The notes under the pieces are model-generated. The model ran no database searches. It was not told the DNA's origin and saw only the letters and a program-made list of their open reading frames with translations. A stretch of 64,000 bases of DNA from an uncultured cyanobacterium. Its GTDB lineage: Bacteria > Cyanobacteriota > Cyanobacteriia > Cyanobacteriales > Cyanobacteriaceae. The DNA lies in contig CAVQBA010000004.1 in the NCBI GenBank assembly GCA_963710605.1, positions 448,001 through 512,000 on the forward strand, in the 5' to 3' direction. A program made the position numbers and the translations under genes. Positions within the stretch are counted from its first letter, which is position 1, and every line of letters starts with the position of its first letter. Below, in pieces: positions 43,114-54,913 of the stretch.

Positions 43114-43272
43114 GATTTATGTAGCAGATAGTTTAGCAATTAACAATTAATAATTAAATATTAATAATTGTTCAGTAAGAGAATTAAGGTGGAAGCGGTG
43201 CATATGTCATATATTCGCTCATAAAATCTCCCCTTAGATACAACAATGGACAATAAATATAATTAACTTCTC

Positions 43273-43375
43273 ACTCCTTACTCCTTACTCCTTGCGGTGG
43301 AAGCCCGCGTCGGCGAAAGACGCAAGGGAACGTCCACCAAGACACTCCTTACTCCTTACTCCTTACTCCTTACTC
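43273..43375. repeat. (ACTCCTT)n tandem repeat interrupted by a GC-rich hairpin
   Basis: GGTGGA-AGCCC-GCGTC-GGCGAAA-GACGC-AAGGG-AACG-TCCACC at ~43296-43338. Confidence 0.65.
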
Positions 43376-43395
43376 AAAAAACTATCAACTATTAA

Positions 43396-44745
43396 CTATA
43401 CTAAAGAGACTAATTCTTCGGCTGAAGTAGGATGAACACAAATAGTAGCATTAAAATCAGCTTTAGTCACACCCATTTTAACAGCCACGGCTATAGCTTG
43501 AATAATTTCTGAAGCATGATTACCTACCATATGTACACCTAGTATTCGATCGTTTTCTTGATTTACCACCAACTTCATCATCGTTTTATCTTCTTTCCCT
43601 GCTAAAGTGTAATACATCGGGCGGAATTTGGTACTATAGATTTTGATTTTGTCTTTACCATATTCTTTTTCTGCTTCAGTTTGAGTCATGCCGACTGTGC
43701 CACCTTCAGGATTACTAAATACAGCGGTGGGAATATTTTCGTAACTGATAACACGAGAGTTACCACCAAAAACAGTATCGACAAACGCTCTACCTTCACT
43801 GATAGCAACTGGGGTTAGATTTTTCTGGTTAGTACAATCTCCCACGGCATAAATATTTTCGACATCGGTGCAGTTATATTTATCCGAAACAATTGAGCCT
43901 TTTTCAACTTTGACACCAGTATTTTCTAAACCAAGTTTTTGCAGACTAGGTTTTCTACCTGTTGCGGCTAAGGTAATCGCATCGGTGCTGATAACTAATT
44001 GCGAGTCCCCTTTGAGGGTAATGTTATATCCGCCTTCAGTTTTCTCGATTTTTTGTGGTTCACTGTTGTAAAGAAACTTAATACCGTGTCGTTGCATATG
44101 TTCGGTAATAGTCTTACTTAAATCGTCATCAAATCCTTTTAAAATACGATCGCCTCGTAATACCATTGTGACATCAGAGCCTAATTTATTCATGATACAA
44201 GCAAACTCAACACCAATATAGCCACCACCAATGATAACTACATTTTGAGGTTGTTCGGTTAGTTTAAACATATCATCAGAAACGATCGCATGATCAATTC
44301 CAGCGAAATCTGGTTTGACAGGATGCCCACCTACAGCAATCAAAATTTTATCGGCTGTAATTTGACGCTCGTTTATTTCTACTGTATGGTTATCAACAAA
44401 ACGAGCATACCCACGAATAATTTCGACATCCTTATCTTGCAACATTTTTTGATAGACACCATTCAGCCTTTTGATTTCAGCGTGAATCTTCTCCATCATA
44501 GTTGACCAATTAAACCGACTTTGTACATCTTCCCAACCATAACCAGATGCCTCTTCAAACAAATTAGCAAAACCAGAAGCATATACCATCAGTTTTTTAG
44601 GGATACAACCACGATTAAGACAAGTACCACCCAATTCTTGATATTCAGCAATCCCTACCTTTGCACCATATTCAGCCGCTTTTCTGGCACTAGAAACACC
44701 ACCACTACCACCACCGATAACAAAAAGATCAAAATCGTAACTCAT
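43396..44745 (-). CDS. gor: Glutathione-disulfide reductase
   Basis: GGGSGG, GGTCLNRGCIPKK, GGGYIGVE, HPTSAEE. Confidence 0.95.
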   Translation of the reverse strand: MSYDFDLFVIGGGSGGVSSARKAAEYGAKVGIAEYQELGGTCLNRGCIPKKLMVYASGFANLFEEASGYGWEDVQSRFNWSTMMEKIHAEIKRLNGVYQKMLQDKDVEIIRGYARFVDNHTVEINERQITADKILIAVGGHPVKPDFAGIDHAIVSDDMFKLTEQPQNVVIIGGGYIGVEFACIMNKLGSDVTMVLRGDRILKGFDDDLSKTITEHMQRHGIKFLYNSEPQKIEKTEGGYNITLKGDSQLVISTDAITLAATGRKPSLQKLGLENTGVKVEKGSIVSDKYNCTDVENIYAVGDCTNQKNLTPVAISEGRAFVDTVFGGNSRVISYENIPTAVFSNPEGGTVGMTQTEAEKEYGKDKIKIYSTKFRPMYYTLAGKEDKTMMKLVVNQENDRILGVHMVGNHASEIIQAIAVAVKMGVTKADFNATICVHPTSAEELVSLV

Positions 44746-44921
44746 AACTATAATTAATTGTGATTAAATTTTCAGATACTATCTATTATTATATTCAATC
44801 AGTAAGCCAATATAGGGCTAGCTAGCTAACAACAAACAATGAACGAAAAATAATGGATACAAGCCTCGTCTTTTAATCTCTGGAAAAAAATAAAAATAAT
44901 ATTCGCACCTAGGCAAGCGTT

Positions 44922-44950
44922 GTACGGACGTTGCATTGCAACGTCTCTAC
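44922..44950. repeat. Short GTAG/CTAC-ended palindromic REP
   Basis: GTACGGACGTTGCA-T-TGCAACGTCTCTAC; related short palindromes at ~17521-17550, ~46274-46294, ~54876-54902. Confidence 0.65.
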
Positions 44951-45009
44951 AGGTGAAGGTAATTCTTAATTCTTAATTCTTATAGCACTGAACAATTCTC
45001 AATTTTGAT

Positions 45010-45750
45010 TTATCTCACACTCACATAATTACAATAAGTTTTAAGAGATTTATTTTCATCTATTTCAATAACTCTATAACCTGGTTGAGTATGAGAGATT
45101 TGGAAATGAGGTTGATGTCTATCAATTTGAAATATGGTTGAGGGAGTAAGAAAAACCTGTATATTATGATCAAAAAAACAACTCTCTTGATGATAATGAC
45201 CACAAAAGAATCTAAATGTTTTTTCTGGTATAGCTAAAAGTTTTTCTCTTAAAATCTGCCAGTTTTGTAGTTGATGACTATTGTCCATAAATGGTGAACC
45301 ACAAAGTAAGGTAGGATGATGAATAAAAGTAATTGTATTCTCATCAGTTGATTCTATTAACCAATTTATTTGAAAATTAGAAAGTGTTTTTTCGCTAGTA
45401 TCTAAACATAAAATATTTGTGTCTGCTAAATTCAATTGATAATTGAGTTTATTTTTCTCTAGATTAACTCGAAAAGGAAAATCAAAAACTTGCTCCATGT
45501 TATGGACATCATCGTGATTACCAGCCATCCAAACAATTTTATCTGAGAAATCTTTCGTTTTTTGAGCTAACCATTGATAGGCTTTTAAATTACCTTTGTC
45601 ACTTATATCTCCTGAAAAGATGATCAGATCAAAATTTTCTTTTTCCAGAGTTTGTTGTAAAACTAACGACAATTTTCCGTAAGCATCATATCCATGAGTT
45701 GTCGGTTTTTCATCCAGATGAGTATCTGTAATTTGTAATATTTTTTTCAT
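45010..45750 (-). CDS. Calcineurin-like metallophosphoesterase (CpdA/Icc-like)
   Basis: TDTH, SGDIS, GNHD, FIHHP, GHYH. Confidence 0.88.
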   Translation of the reverse strand: MKKILQITDTHLDEKPTTHGYDAYGKLSLVLQQTLEKENFDLIIFSGDISDKGNLKAYQWLAQKTKDFSDKIVWMAGNHDDVHNMEQVFDFPFRVNLEKNKLNYQLNLADTNILCLDTSEKTLSNFQINWLIESTDENTITFIHHPTLLCGSPFMDNSHQLQNWQILREKLLAIPEKTFRFFCGHYHQESCFFDHNIQVFLTPSTIFQIDRHQPHFQISHTQPGYRVIEIDENKSLKTYCNYVSVR

Positions 45751-46026
45751 TGCTTATTTCGATGATAAAAAGAGCAAAATCACAACTGATAACGATCGAT
45801 AATTGCGATTAAATGTTTAGAGATTTCCTATCATTATATTCAATCGGTGAAGCAATCATTTTACCCTTTTTTCAACTAACTACATACGATCGATTTTTAA
45901 TTGAGATAACAAAAACTTAAGACGATTTCGATCGACTACATACAAATATCCTAATAAAGTTTACAACCCACCTTGAATTCGGTCATTTAAGGCTAACAGC
46001 AAAACGTTTAATAAATTAAATTAAAA

Positions 46027-46188
46027 TTTAGTCATTTCAATTAAGATTAAGACAGTAATAATAACCCTGAAGCCAAGGTATTAAAACCGCCTTGAACTAT
46101 CGTGCAAGGCTAATATCCTGTTCGTTTAATAAATTAAACTTAAATTCAGGTACAGTAAAGTCTCTCATTTTTATTTGAAACAACTATA
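46027..46188. mobile_element. MITE ~162 bp carrying an internal GCCTTG..CAAGGCT hairpin repeat
   Basis: TAGTCATTTCAATTAA...TTATTTGAAACAACTATA; 161-bp sister at 59595-59755; free copy of the inner unit at ~45965-46025. Confidence 0.65.
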
Positions 46189-46318
46189 AACAATACGATC
46201 AAGTTACTTACATATTCTTCTGATATAGGGGTGTAAGGTTTGCCATGTGTTTCAACTTTATAATCATAAAAAAAGGTGGGCATTGCCCACCCTAAGATTA
46301 TTTAGATAAATTAAATGA

Positions 46319-47692
46319 TTAAACTTGAGTCGTTTCTTTTTCTTCGGTAGTTTTAGGAGTATAATGCTCATTATCAAAGGATTTATTGACAAGATTTTTC
46401 TCACTAATTTGCCCTGTAATCAGTCTTGCCCCTCTACCACGGGTGAAGTAATTCCAACCCCATTGTAATAGCACCACCAGTTTGTTATCAAATTCAATCA
46501 GATAATAAACATGAGCAAATACCCAAACAAACCAAGCAAGGAAACCAGAAAGTTTGATAAAACCTAAATCAGCAACAGCGTGATTATCACCAATAACCGC
46601 TAAACTACCTTTATCAATATATCTAAAAGCCTTTTCCGATTTACCGACTTTTTTAGCTCTAATTAACTTAGCGACATATTTACCTTCAGCCATCGCTACA
46701 GGGGCAATACCGGGTAATGGTTTTTCTCCTTGATGGGTAAAACTAGCCAAATCACCGACAACGAAGATATTCGGGTAATCTTTAATACTTAAATCTGGCT
46801 CAACAATAATTCTACCAGCTCGATCGCATTCTACATTAGTCCGTTTAGTAATCACTTCAGACATACCAGAAGCTTTAACACCCGCCGCCCACAAAATAGT
46901 TCTCGCTTTGATCGTTTCTTCGGCTTCTCCATGACGAATAGTTAAAGTGTTGTTGTCTATATTCGTCACCATTCGCTTAGTTAATACCTCTACACCTAAT
47001 TCTTCCAAAGATTCTTGAGCTTTTTGAGATAAATCTTCAGGATATGGAGGTAAAACACGATTCATCCCTTCAATTAAGATAATTCTGGCTTTGGTGGTAT
47101 CTATTTCTTGGAAATCTCTTTTGATCGTTTTATTCGCAATTTCAGCGATCGCCCCTGCTAATTCTACCCCAGTAGGGCCACCACCAACGATCGCAAAAGT
47201 TAACCATTCTTCGGTTTCTTTAGGAGAAGATAATTTTTCGGCTTCTTCAAAAGCGAGGAAGACTTTACGACGAATATCAAGGGCATTCTCAATACTTTTT
47301 AGCCCTGGTGCGTCTTTTTCCCAATGCTCGTTACCAAAATAATGGTGGCTCACCCCTGTACCGATAATTAAATGATCGTACTCTAATACGCCTTCTCGCA
47401 TCACTACTTGTTTTTCTTCGGGGCGAATATCAACAACTTCATCCAAAACAACACGAGTATTTTTGTTTCTACCAACAATTAATCTTAAAGGAGAACAAAT
47501 TTCGGCGGGGGATAAACTACCTGTAGCGACTTGATACAGTAAAGGTTGGAATAAATGAAAATTACGTTTGTCAATCAAAGTGATTTGTACAGGTGCATTA
47601 CCTAATTCTTTAGCGGCATATAAACCAGCAAAACCACCACCGACTATTACCACATGAGGTCGATCGGATTTTTGAGAAAAATGATTATACAT
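46319..47692 (-). CDS. Type II NAD(P)H dehydrogenase (NDH-2)
   Basis: GGGFAG, FQPLLYQ, GGGPTGVELAG, WAAG. Confidence 0.93.
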   Translation of the reverse strand: MYNHFSQKSDRPHVVIVGGGFAGLYAAKELGNAPVQITLIDKRNFHLFQPLLYQVATGSLSPAEICSPLRLIVGRNKNTRVVLDEVVDIRPEEKQVVMREGVLEYDHLIIGTGVSHHYFGNEHWEKDAPGLKSIENALDIRRKVFLAFEEAEKLSSPKETEEWLTFAIVGGGPTGVELAGAIAEIANKTIKRDFQEIDTTKARIILIEGMNRVLPPYPEDLSQKAQESLEELGVEVLTKRMVTNIDNNTLTIRHGEAEETIKARTILWAAGVKASGMSEVITKRTNVECDRAGRIIVEPDLSIKDYPNIFVVGDLASFTHQGEKPLPGIAPVAMAEGKYVAKLIRAKKVGKSEKAFRYIDKGSLAVIGDNHAVADLGFIKLSGFLAWFVWVFAHVYYLIEFDNKLVVLLQWGWNYFTRGRGARLITGQISEKNLVNKSFDNEHYTPKTTEEKETTQV

Positions 47693-48169
47693 AGTCTAGT
47701 TTGTCTAGTTTAAAAAAAATGAAAAGCTATTTTACTTATTTAGTATTAACTCTTACAGTAAAGGATATAGAAAAATTTAAGAGTAATTAACCATACATTC
47801 TGGTTAAAACTTTGTCGATTAGTTTGGGCTAAATAATTGAAAATTTTGTTTATTTCAATAGATAATAACATAATAACCAACTATTTTTAATAAAACTTTA
47901 CATAGATAAAATACCCTTGAGATAAAGAGCCTAGCAATTTAGACAACTTTACTCTCAGTTACTTTTTTATTATCAATAAGATTAATTTTATTAATATTGT
48001 GTTCTTTGTAACTAAAAAATAAACTCTAATTTTGACCGTAATTATTAATTATCTATTTTCTATTTCCTATTCTCATTATTATTGATTGTCAATTAGTCCT
48101 GTCTAGTTGCAAATAAAGTCCTAAATAAAGTATGATAAATGGATAAACCATTGACAAACCAAATTATCT

Positions 48170-48679
48170 ATGTCTTTAGATATAACGACATCAATCAAGA
48201 AAAAACTAAATTCTAGAGGTTGGCGGATGACACCGCAACGAGAGAGAATTTTAGATATTTTCCACCATTTACCCCAAGGTGATCATTTAAGTGCAGAGGA
48301 GCTTCATCACGCATTGACTGAGTCAGGAGAGAAAATTAGTTTGTCAACTATTTATCGTAGTGTCAAATTAATGACGAAAATGCGAGTACTTAGAGAGTTA
48401 GAATTAGCTGAAGGTCATAAACATTATGAATTAAATCATCCTTACCCTCATCATCATCATCATATTGTTTGTATTCAATGTAATAAAACGATCGAATTTC
48501 AAAATGATTCTATTCTCAAACAAAGTCTCAAACAATGCGAGAAAGAAGATTTTCAATTAATAGATTGCCAATTAACTGTAATGACTATTTGTAAAGAAGC
48601 GGTAGAAATGGGTTGGCCTTCAACTTTACCTGATAAATGGTGTTGTAGTCAAGCTATCGTAGATAAAGCAAATCACTAA
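48170..48679 (+). CDS. fur: Ferric uptake regulator (FurA-type)
   Basis: GWRMTPQRE, HLSAEEL, STIYR, HHHHHIVCIQC. Confidence 0.93.
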   Translation: MSLDITTSIKKKLNSRGWRMTPQRERILDIFHHLPQGDHLSAEELHHALTESGEKISLSTIYRSVKLMTKMRVLRELELAEGHKHYELNHPYPHHHHHIVCIQCNKTIEFQNDSILKQSLKQCEKEDFQLIDCQLTVMTICKEAVEMGWPSTLPDKWCCSQAIVDKANH

Positions 48680-48828
48680 CTACTGACAATTGATGACTAT
48701 CTTTTTGTCAGTATCAAATTAAAGTTAAATACATTATTTAAGATTAACCATTAACTAAACTCTATACGATCGTTTTTTTAAGCTAACCATAACAATAGCC
48801 AAAACTTTATTTCAACCAACATCAACAG

Positions 48829-49569
48829 TTAATTATCAACTGGTAAATCAAATAACACAGAATTTAAATAATTTTCTGCCCATTCTACACCAAAAGCTTT
48901 TTCCAGAACTTTTCTAGTTTTATCATTTTGTTGTTGTTGGAGGCAGTAATTTTTTTGTCCTTGTAAATAAACAAGTTTTTCTGTTTCTGAAACAGGAGTA
49001 GATGCCACCGCAATCTGGCAATGAATAGTTAAAAAATCTTCAACTCGATTGAGAAACAATCTTTCCTCTTCTTCATCAGCAGGGCGAATAAATAAACAAT
49101 AAGGAGAAAAAATATCTCCCCATGCAGGTAAATCTCTAGTTTCACTAAAATTCGGGTTACCTAAATCTGATAACAACTTTTGATATTGCGGTGATAAGGT
49201 TTTATCTTCACTTGTAGGAGACAAATCCACAATCGCTGCACTGATTCCCACTTTCCCCGCCACAATATCACAACCAAACATCGGTAAAGGATAATTTGTA
49301 TTAGGAAACATCACACAATGAAGAATATCAAGGTTTTTACCAACTTTTGCTAACTCCAAGTGCATTTTACGAAATTGAGGGGTTTGGTGACAACGATTTT
49401 TGATGGTTAATCTTTCTCCTTCTAAGTCACCTTCTACATAACCTAATCCTAATGGTAGTTGGTAAGGTGATAAATCTAAGCAGGTTTCCCATGTTTGTAC
49501 AATTGTATCAGCTAATTGATTAATCAAAGGATGTAATCGATGTTTTAAATCAGAAGTAGAATTGACCAT
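48829..49569 (-). CDS. pcyA: Phycocyanobilin:ferredoxin oxidoreductase, probable housekeeping copy
   Basis: [45 protein letters not shown]. Confidence 0.95.
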   Translation of the reverse strand: MVNSTSDLKHRLHPLINQLADTIVQTWETCLDLSPYQLPLGLGYVEGDLEGERLTIKNRCHQTPQFRKMHLELAKVGKNLDILHCVMFPNTNYPLPMFGCDIVAGKVGISAAIVDLSPTSEDKTLSPQYQKLLSDLGNPNFSETRDLPAWGDIFSPYCLFIRPADEEEERLFLNRVEDFLTIHCQIAVASTPVSETEKLVYLQGQKNYCLQQQQNDKTRKVLEKAFGVEWAENYLNSVLFDLPVDN

Positions 49570-49855
49570 AAAAAATCTTAGGAATAATAATAGTTAGTTG
49601 ATAATTGAGCGTGAATATTTGAGTCTTGATGATAATTGTCTTACTCTATATTCTACATTTTCGATCGTGACACCGTTAATTAGTATAGTAAAGTTGTGGT
49701 TTCATCGTCAGGATATTGTTTTTTTTAATTAATATTTTTTAATAAATTTAGACTTAATTCGCCAAATTATTCAAGTAGATATCTTGATTTCCCCACTATG
49801 AAGTATATTTGTAAGGAAATGATAAACTAATCTTTTATTGTTAATCCTTAATTGA

Positions 49856-51145
49856 TCATAAATCCAAAATCAATTGTTCAATCACTGATTCTCTTAAATC
49901 TTCTTTCCAAAACAAAGATAACTTGTTATATACCGAGTCTTTAAATTTCTTGATAATCATTTTATGATCGTTATATTCAGACTTGAGTAAGAAAAATTTC
50001 TCGTTACCGTTTGTTTCTACTTCCGAAACCGTAAAAATATCTAAACCAATTAAAGATAACAAACAATGATTAATATTTTCGCTTTCAATTTCACTATAAA
50101 GAAGATTAATTTCTTCTAAAATTGTTTCTAAAGTATATTCTTGCTGATTTAAACAAGCAATACAAGCCGTAATTTTAAGAAAATTTGCGGAATTTATTAT
50201 CCTGATACGAGGGTTTCCTGTTGCTAAAATAGATTGATAATTTTCGACTGAATGTAAAAAGTCATCACCTAAAAAAGGTAATGGTTCAAATTCTTTGACA
50301 TCTGTATCACGAAAAGCTATTTTAGTTTGAAATTTATCTGAAGTGACTACTTTTAAATTTGTCTCACGGCAAATGTATTGTAAAAACTGAATAAATTTTG
50401 ATAAACCAATTCGAGCAGAATCAAAGTTTTCGATTCCGTATTTAAACGCTTCTTTCATTACCGAAAGATGAATTCCTGCGTGAGATAATTCTCTATTTCC
50501 TTCTTCGTCTTTAATAAACCAATCTAATATTTTTAATGATTGTTCAATAATATCTTGACGGTTATTACTAGATAATCTGGGAATAGATTGAGACATTTTA
50601 AGAACTAAAGGATTAGTAATTTTCAGAGTTTTTTCGAGTTCTTTTTTTTCTTCGTCTAATTCTTCTTCTGGTTCTTCAATTCCGATAAAATGGTCACAAA
50701 TTGATTCTAAAATATAGTTAGTTGATGACTTGTAACCACAACCGATTACATACTTACCATATTCATGTAACTTCTTGGCTACGGCGGAAAAACCACCATC
50801 ACCTGATACAATCACAAAGACATCTACAGATTCTCTGACATAAGCTAAATCGATCGCATCTACAGCTAATTGTATATCAGCGGCATTCTTTTTTTGGTAA
50901 TGAGAGAAACCAAAAATTTGAACGGGTTCAATACCTAATTCGTTTATTTCTCTTTTCATAACCGATAAACGAGAATCACTCCAATTTGCATAAGCTTTTT
51001 GGACAATAACACGACCTACATTAGGTACTTTTTTAACTTCTTTAAAAATAGTTTTTAAGGAGATACTACTAATATAGTCTTTAGAGGCATTATAGCCTTT
51101 GAGTAAATTTTCTACGTCATAAAAAATAGCCGTATTACTGTTCAT
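49856..51145 (-). CDS. NYN-domain protein (LabA/DUF88-like PIN fold) with C-terminal extension
   Basis: FYDVEN, KNAADIQL, VSGDGGF, CDHF; ATG at 51145 preferred over TTG at 51190. Confidence 0.85.
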   Translation of the reverse strand: MNSNTAIFYDVENLLKGYNASKDYISSISLKTIFKEVKKVPNVGRVIVQKAYANWSDSRLSVMKREINELGIEPVQIFGFSHYQKKNAADIQLAVDAIDLAYVRESVDVFVIVSGDGGFSAVAKKLHEYGKYVIGCGYKSSTNYILESICDHFIGIEEPEEELDEEKKELEKTLKITNPLVLKMSQSIPRLSSNNRQDIIEQSLKILDWFIKDEEGNRELSHAGIHLSVMKEAFKYGIENFDSARIGLSKFIQFLQYICRETNLKVVTSDKFQTKIAFRDTDVKEFEPLPFLGDDFLHSVENYQSILATGNPRIRIINSANFLKITACIACLNQQEYTLETILEEINLLYSEIESENINHCLLSLIGLDIFTVSEVETNGNEKFFLLKSEYNDHKMIIKKFKDSVYNKLSLFWKEDLRESVIEQLILDL

Positions 51146-51485
51146 CTTTTTATCCGTCACTAAAAATAAATCGCTAAAAAGAATAACCAAAACAAAACTA
51201 TAAAAGATAAAATTTATTGTCTAAATATGACTATATTTTAAAAATAATAGTAGTTTAAGATAATCAATTTAGTTTAAGGAAATTCTTTTCTTTTATGATA
51301 GTGTTTTTTTCAGTTAAATAAAGTTTATTTAATAAATTTATAATTATTGGATAATTTAAAGAATTGACAATTGATAATTCCGGAAATGGTGATTGATAAA
51401 ACTAATATCTCTCTATTCCCAACTCAGTTGATTTGAGGTCAAAAATTGTTAATCGGCAAAAAATAAGTTTTTGTAATTTATGGTT

Positions 51486-51515
51486 GTTGGGTTTCATCAC
51501 TTCAACCCAACCTAC
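51486..51515 (-). repeat. Single GTAG-REP (short loop), same stem as right half of R1-R5
   Basis: GTTGGGTTTCATCACTTCAACCCAACCTAC. Confidence 0.75.
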
Positions 51516-51764
51516 AAGTAAATAATGTGCAAATATAAATTTTCAATCATCGTGGACTTTTTTTCTTTAATATTTCGTTACCATAAAATAATCAACCAAA
51601 TATATAGTAACCGTCGGTATTAAACAACAATCGATCGAGGATTTTTGATTTTTGCTTATTGAATCTCAAAGATAATCAAAACCTCGTTTTTGACTTTTAA
51701 TTTTTGGCTTACGCTATATAAAAAATAAATTGAATTTAAAATAGAAACCATCTCTTCAGATATT

Positions 51765-54710
51765 ATGCTTGAATTAGAGAATCTCCATAGTACAACTACA
51801 ACCTCAGAAAACTCGACCAAAACAATACCTAATCATAACTTAGTCGTATTACCTCAAGAGCAATTTGATGAGCGTCATATAGGCATTACATCAACTACCC
51901 AACAAACGATGTTAAAGGCGTTAGGCTATGAAGATTTAGATAGTTTAATTAACGATACCGTACCTGAGTCTATACGTTTACATAAATCTCTAGATTTACC
52001 TTCTGCCCAAACCCAATCTCAAGCTTTACAAACCATAGCCAAAATTGCTGATAAAAATCAAGTATATCGATCGTTAATCGGTATGGGTTATCATAACTGT
52101 ATTACTCCTGCGGTAATTCAAAGAAACATCTTAGAAAACCCTAATTGGTACACAGCTTATACTCCGTATCAACCCGAAATTGCTCAAGGAAGATTAGAAG
52201 CACTATTGAACTTTCAAACCATGATTATGGAATTGACGGGTTTAGAAATTGCTAATGCGTCACTTTTAGACGAAGCTACCGCAGTCGCCGAAGCAATGAC
52301 GATGAGTTATAGTGTATCTAAAAGTAAAGCTGATGATTTTTTTGTTGATTCTAACTGTCATCCGCAAACGATCGAAGTTCTTAAAACTAGAGCTAAATAT
52401 CAAGATATTAATTTAATCATTGGTAATCCGCAAACCTTTGATTTCACAACACCTGTCTTCGGTTGTGTCTTACAATATCCCTCTACAGATGGCACTATTG
52501 TAGATTATAGCGACGTTATTAAGCTAGTTCATCAGCAAAAAGGATTAGTTACCTTTGCCTGTGATTTACTGAGTTTAGCCTTACTCAAATCTCCTGCCGA
52601 ATTAGGAGTTGATATCGCTGTCGGAAATAGTCAACGTTTTGGTGTACCCTTAGGTTATGGTGGACCTCATGCTGGATTTTTTGCCACTCGCAAACAATAT
52701 CAAAGACAAATACCAGGTAGGATTGTCGGTGTTTCTAAAGATGTTCACGGCAAACCTGCACTAAGACTTGCTTTACAAACTAGAGAGCAACATATTCGTC
52801 GGGATAAAGCCACTAGTAATATTTGTACCGCACAAGTACTTTTAGCTGTTATCGCTTCTAGTTATGCTGTCTATCACGGGCAAACAGGAATTAAAAATAT
52901 CGCTACACGAGTTCATACTTTAAGCAAACTTTTAGCTAGTGGTTTAACTAAGTTAGGTTACAGACTTCGATCGAATAACTTTTTTGATACCATTACAATA
53001 GATAAACTCGATCGTGATTTGGTTTCAAATATCCATCAACAAGCCGAGCAACAGCAAATAAACTTCCGTTACTACGATGATAATGCTATCGGTATTAGTT
53101 TAGATGAAATAAGTACGATCGAGGAAATAAAGTTAATTTGGTCAATATTTGCTCAAAAACAAGAGATTAACTTTGAGATACAACAATTAGCGATCGATAA
53201 GCTTGGTATTCCTACCTCTTTAACTAGAAAAAGTAGTTTTCTCACCAAATCTGTTTTTAACCTGTATCATAGCGAAACCGAATTACTACGTTACCTTCAT
53301 CGGTTAGAAAGTAAAGATTTATCCTTGACAACTTCTATGATAGCTTTAGGCTCATGTACGATGAAATTAAATGCCACCGCTGAGATGTTACCGATTAGTT
53401 GGGCAACCTTTAATAATATTCATCCTTTCGCCCCGTTATCTCAAACAGAAGGCTATCAAACTTTATGCCAACAATTAGAAGTATGGTTAAGCGAAATTAC
53501 AGGATTTGCCGGTATCTCTTTACAACCTAATGCCGGCTCACAAGGAGAGTATGCAGGATTACAAGTCATTCGTCAATATCATCATAGCAGAGGGGAAGAC
53601 GATCGTCATATTTGTCTTATTCCCGAATCTGCTCATGGTACAAATCCAGCCAGTGCGGTAATGTGTGGATTGAAAGTAATTGCCATTAAATGCGATAAAC
53701 AAGGTGATATAGATATTAACGACTTGCAAACCAAAGCTGAAAAATACGCTGATAAATTAGCCGCTTTGATGATTACTTATCCATCTACTCATGGAGTGTT
53801 TGAAACTAAAATCAAAGATGTTTGTCAATTAATCCATCAATATGGAGGGCAAGTTTATCTTGATGGAGCGAATATGAATGCTCAAGTTGGTTTATGTCGC
53901 CCTGGTGATTTTGGTGCTGATGTTTGTCATCTAAATCTACACAAAACATTCTGTATTCCTCATGGTGGAGGTGGTCCAGGTGTTGGTCCAATTGGCGTTA
54001 TGGCTCACTTATTACCTTTTTTACCTGCTACTAATTTAGACAATACTAGTGATGAGAATAATCAATCTATCGGTTGGATTTCTGCCGCCCCTTGGGGTAG
54101 TGCCAGTATTTTACCTATTTCTTGGATGTACATTGCCATGATGGGTGGTAAAGGTTTAACTCAAGCGACAAAAATAGCGATTTTGAATGCCAACTATATT
54201 GCCAAGCGTCTGGCTGATTATTACCCGATTTTGTTTACTGGTAAAAATGGTTTGGTTGCCCATGAATGTATTATCGATTTACGTCCATTTCGTAATTCTG
54301 CTGGGGTAACTGTTGAGGATGTGGCTAAACGTTTGATTGATTATGGTTTTCACGCACCAACTATGTCATGGCCAGTTAATGGTACGATGATGATTGAGCC
54401 GACTGAAAGTGAGTCTTTGCCTGAAATCGATCGTTTCTGTGAAGCGATGATTAGTATCTATCAAGAAATAAAATCGATCGTTGATGGTAATATAACCTCT
54501 GAAGATAATTGGCTAAAAAATGCTCCTCATACCGCCGAAAGTTTAGTTAGTGATGATTGGCAACATCCTTATACTCGTCAAAGTGCGGCTTATCCTACTG
54601 ATTGGATGAGAGAAAATAAATTCTGGAGTAGCGTCGGTAGAGTTGATAATGCTTTTGGCGATCGTAATTTGGTATGCTCTTGTTTAGGCATGGAAAACTA
54701 TAAGAGTTAA
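51765..54710 (+). CDS. gcvP: Glycine dehydrogenase (decarboxylating), glycine cleavage P protein
   Basis: [40 protein letters not shown]. Confidence 0.98.
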   Translation: MLELENLHSTTTTSENSTKTIPNHNLVVLPQEQFDERHIGITSTTQQTMLKALGYEDLDSLINDTVPESIRLHKSLDLPSAQTQSQALQTIAKIADKNQVYRSLIGMGYHNCITPAVIQRNILENPNWYTAYTPYQPEIAQGRLEALLNFQTMIMELTGLEIANASLLDEATAVAEAMTMSYSVSKSKADDFFVDSNCHPQTIEVLKTRAKYQDINLIIGNPQTFDFTTPVFGCVLQYPSTDGTIVDYSDVIKLVHQQKGLVTFACDLLSLALLKSPAELGVDIAVGNSQRFGVPLGYGGPHAGFFATRKQYQRQIPGRIVGVSKDVHGKPALRLALQTREQHIRRDKATSNICTAQVLLAVIASSYAVYHGQTGIKNIATRVHTLSKLLASGLTKLGYRLRSNNFFDTITIDKLDRDLVSNIHQQAEQQQINFRYYDDNAIGISLDEISTIEEIKLIWSIFAQKQEINFEIQQLAIDKLGIPTSLTRKSSFLTKSVFNLYHSETELLRYLHRLESKDLSLTTSMIALGSCTMKLNATAEMLPISWATFNNIHPFAPLSQTEGYQTLCQQLEVWLSEITGFAGISLQPNAGSQGEYAGLQVIRQYHHSRGEDDRHICLIPESAHGTNPASAVMCGLKVIAIKCDKQGDIDINDLQTKAEKYADKLAALMITYPSTHGVFETKIKDVCQLIHQYGGQVYLDGANMNAQVGLCRPGDFGADVCHLNLHKTFCIPHGGGGPGVGPIGVMAHLLPFLPATNLDNTSDENNQSIGWISAAPWGSASILPISWMYIAMMGGKGLTQATKIAILNANYIAKRLADYYPILFTGKNGLVAHECIIDLRPFRNSAGVTVEDVAKRLIDYGFHAPTMSWPVNGTMMIEPTESESLPEIDRFCEAMISIYQEIKSIVDGNITSEDNWLKNAPHTAESLVSDDWQHPYTRQSAAYPTDWMRENKFWSSVGRVDNAFGDRNLVCSCLGMENYKS

Positions 54711-54745
54711 GAGTTAAGAGTTAAAAGTTAAGAGTTAAGAGTTTC

Positions 54746-54810
54746 GTAGGTTGGGTTGAGCTTCAAAACACTCTATATATAAATGATAGATAAACAAAGC
54801 GAAACCCAAC
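54746..54810 (+). repeat. Single GTAG-REP (long loop)
   Basis: GTAGGTTGGGTTGAGC...GCGAAACCCAAC; reverse complement of the right half of R3/R4. Confidence 0.78.
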
Positions 54811-54913
54811 ACCTAATAAATACTTTATGCAATTTAATTTATGATAAGTGTTGCCACTATAACGTAAAAAAAGATAAGGGCAGAATAATATTCTGCCCCT
54901 ACAATAAAAATTA

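Noticed and set aside
48060-48095. Fur box upstream of fur
   Set aside because: TATTCTCATTATTATTGATT is suggestive but cannot be distinguished from AT-rich background by eye
51540-51764. Glycine riboswitch upstream of gcvP
   Set aside because: A hairpin exists (~51636-51686) but I could not find the conserved GGAGA/CCGAAG/CTCTCAGG aptamer elements
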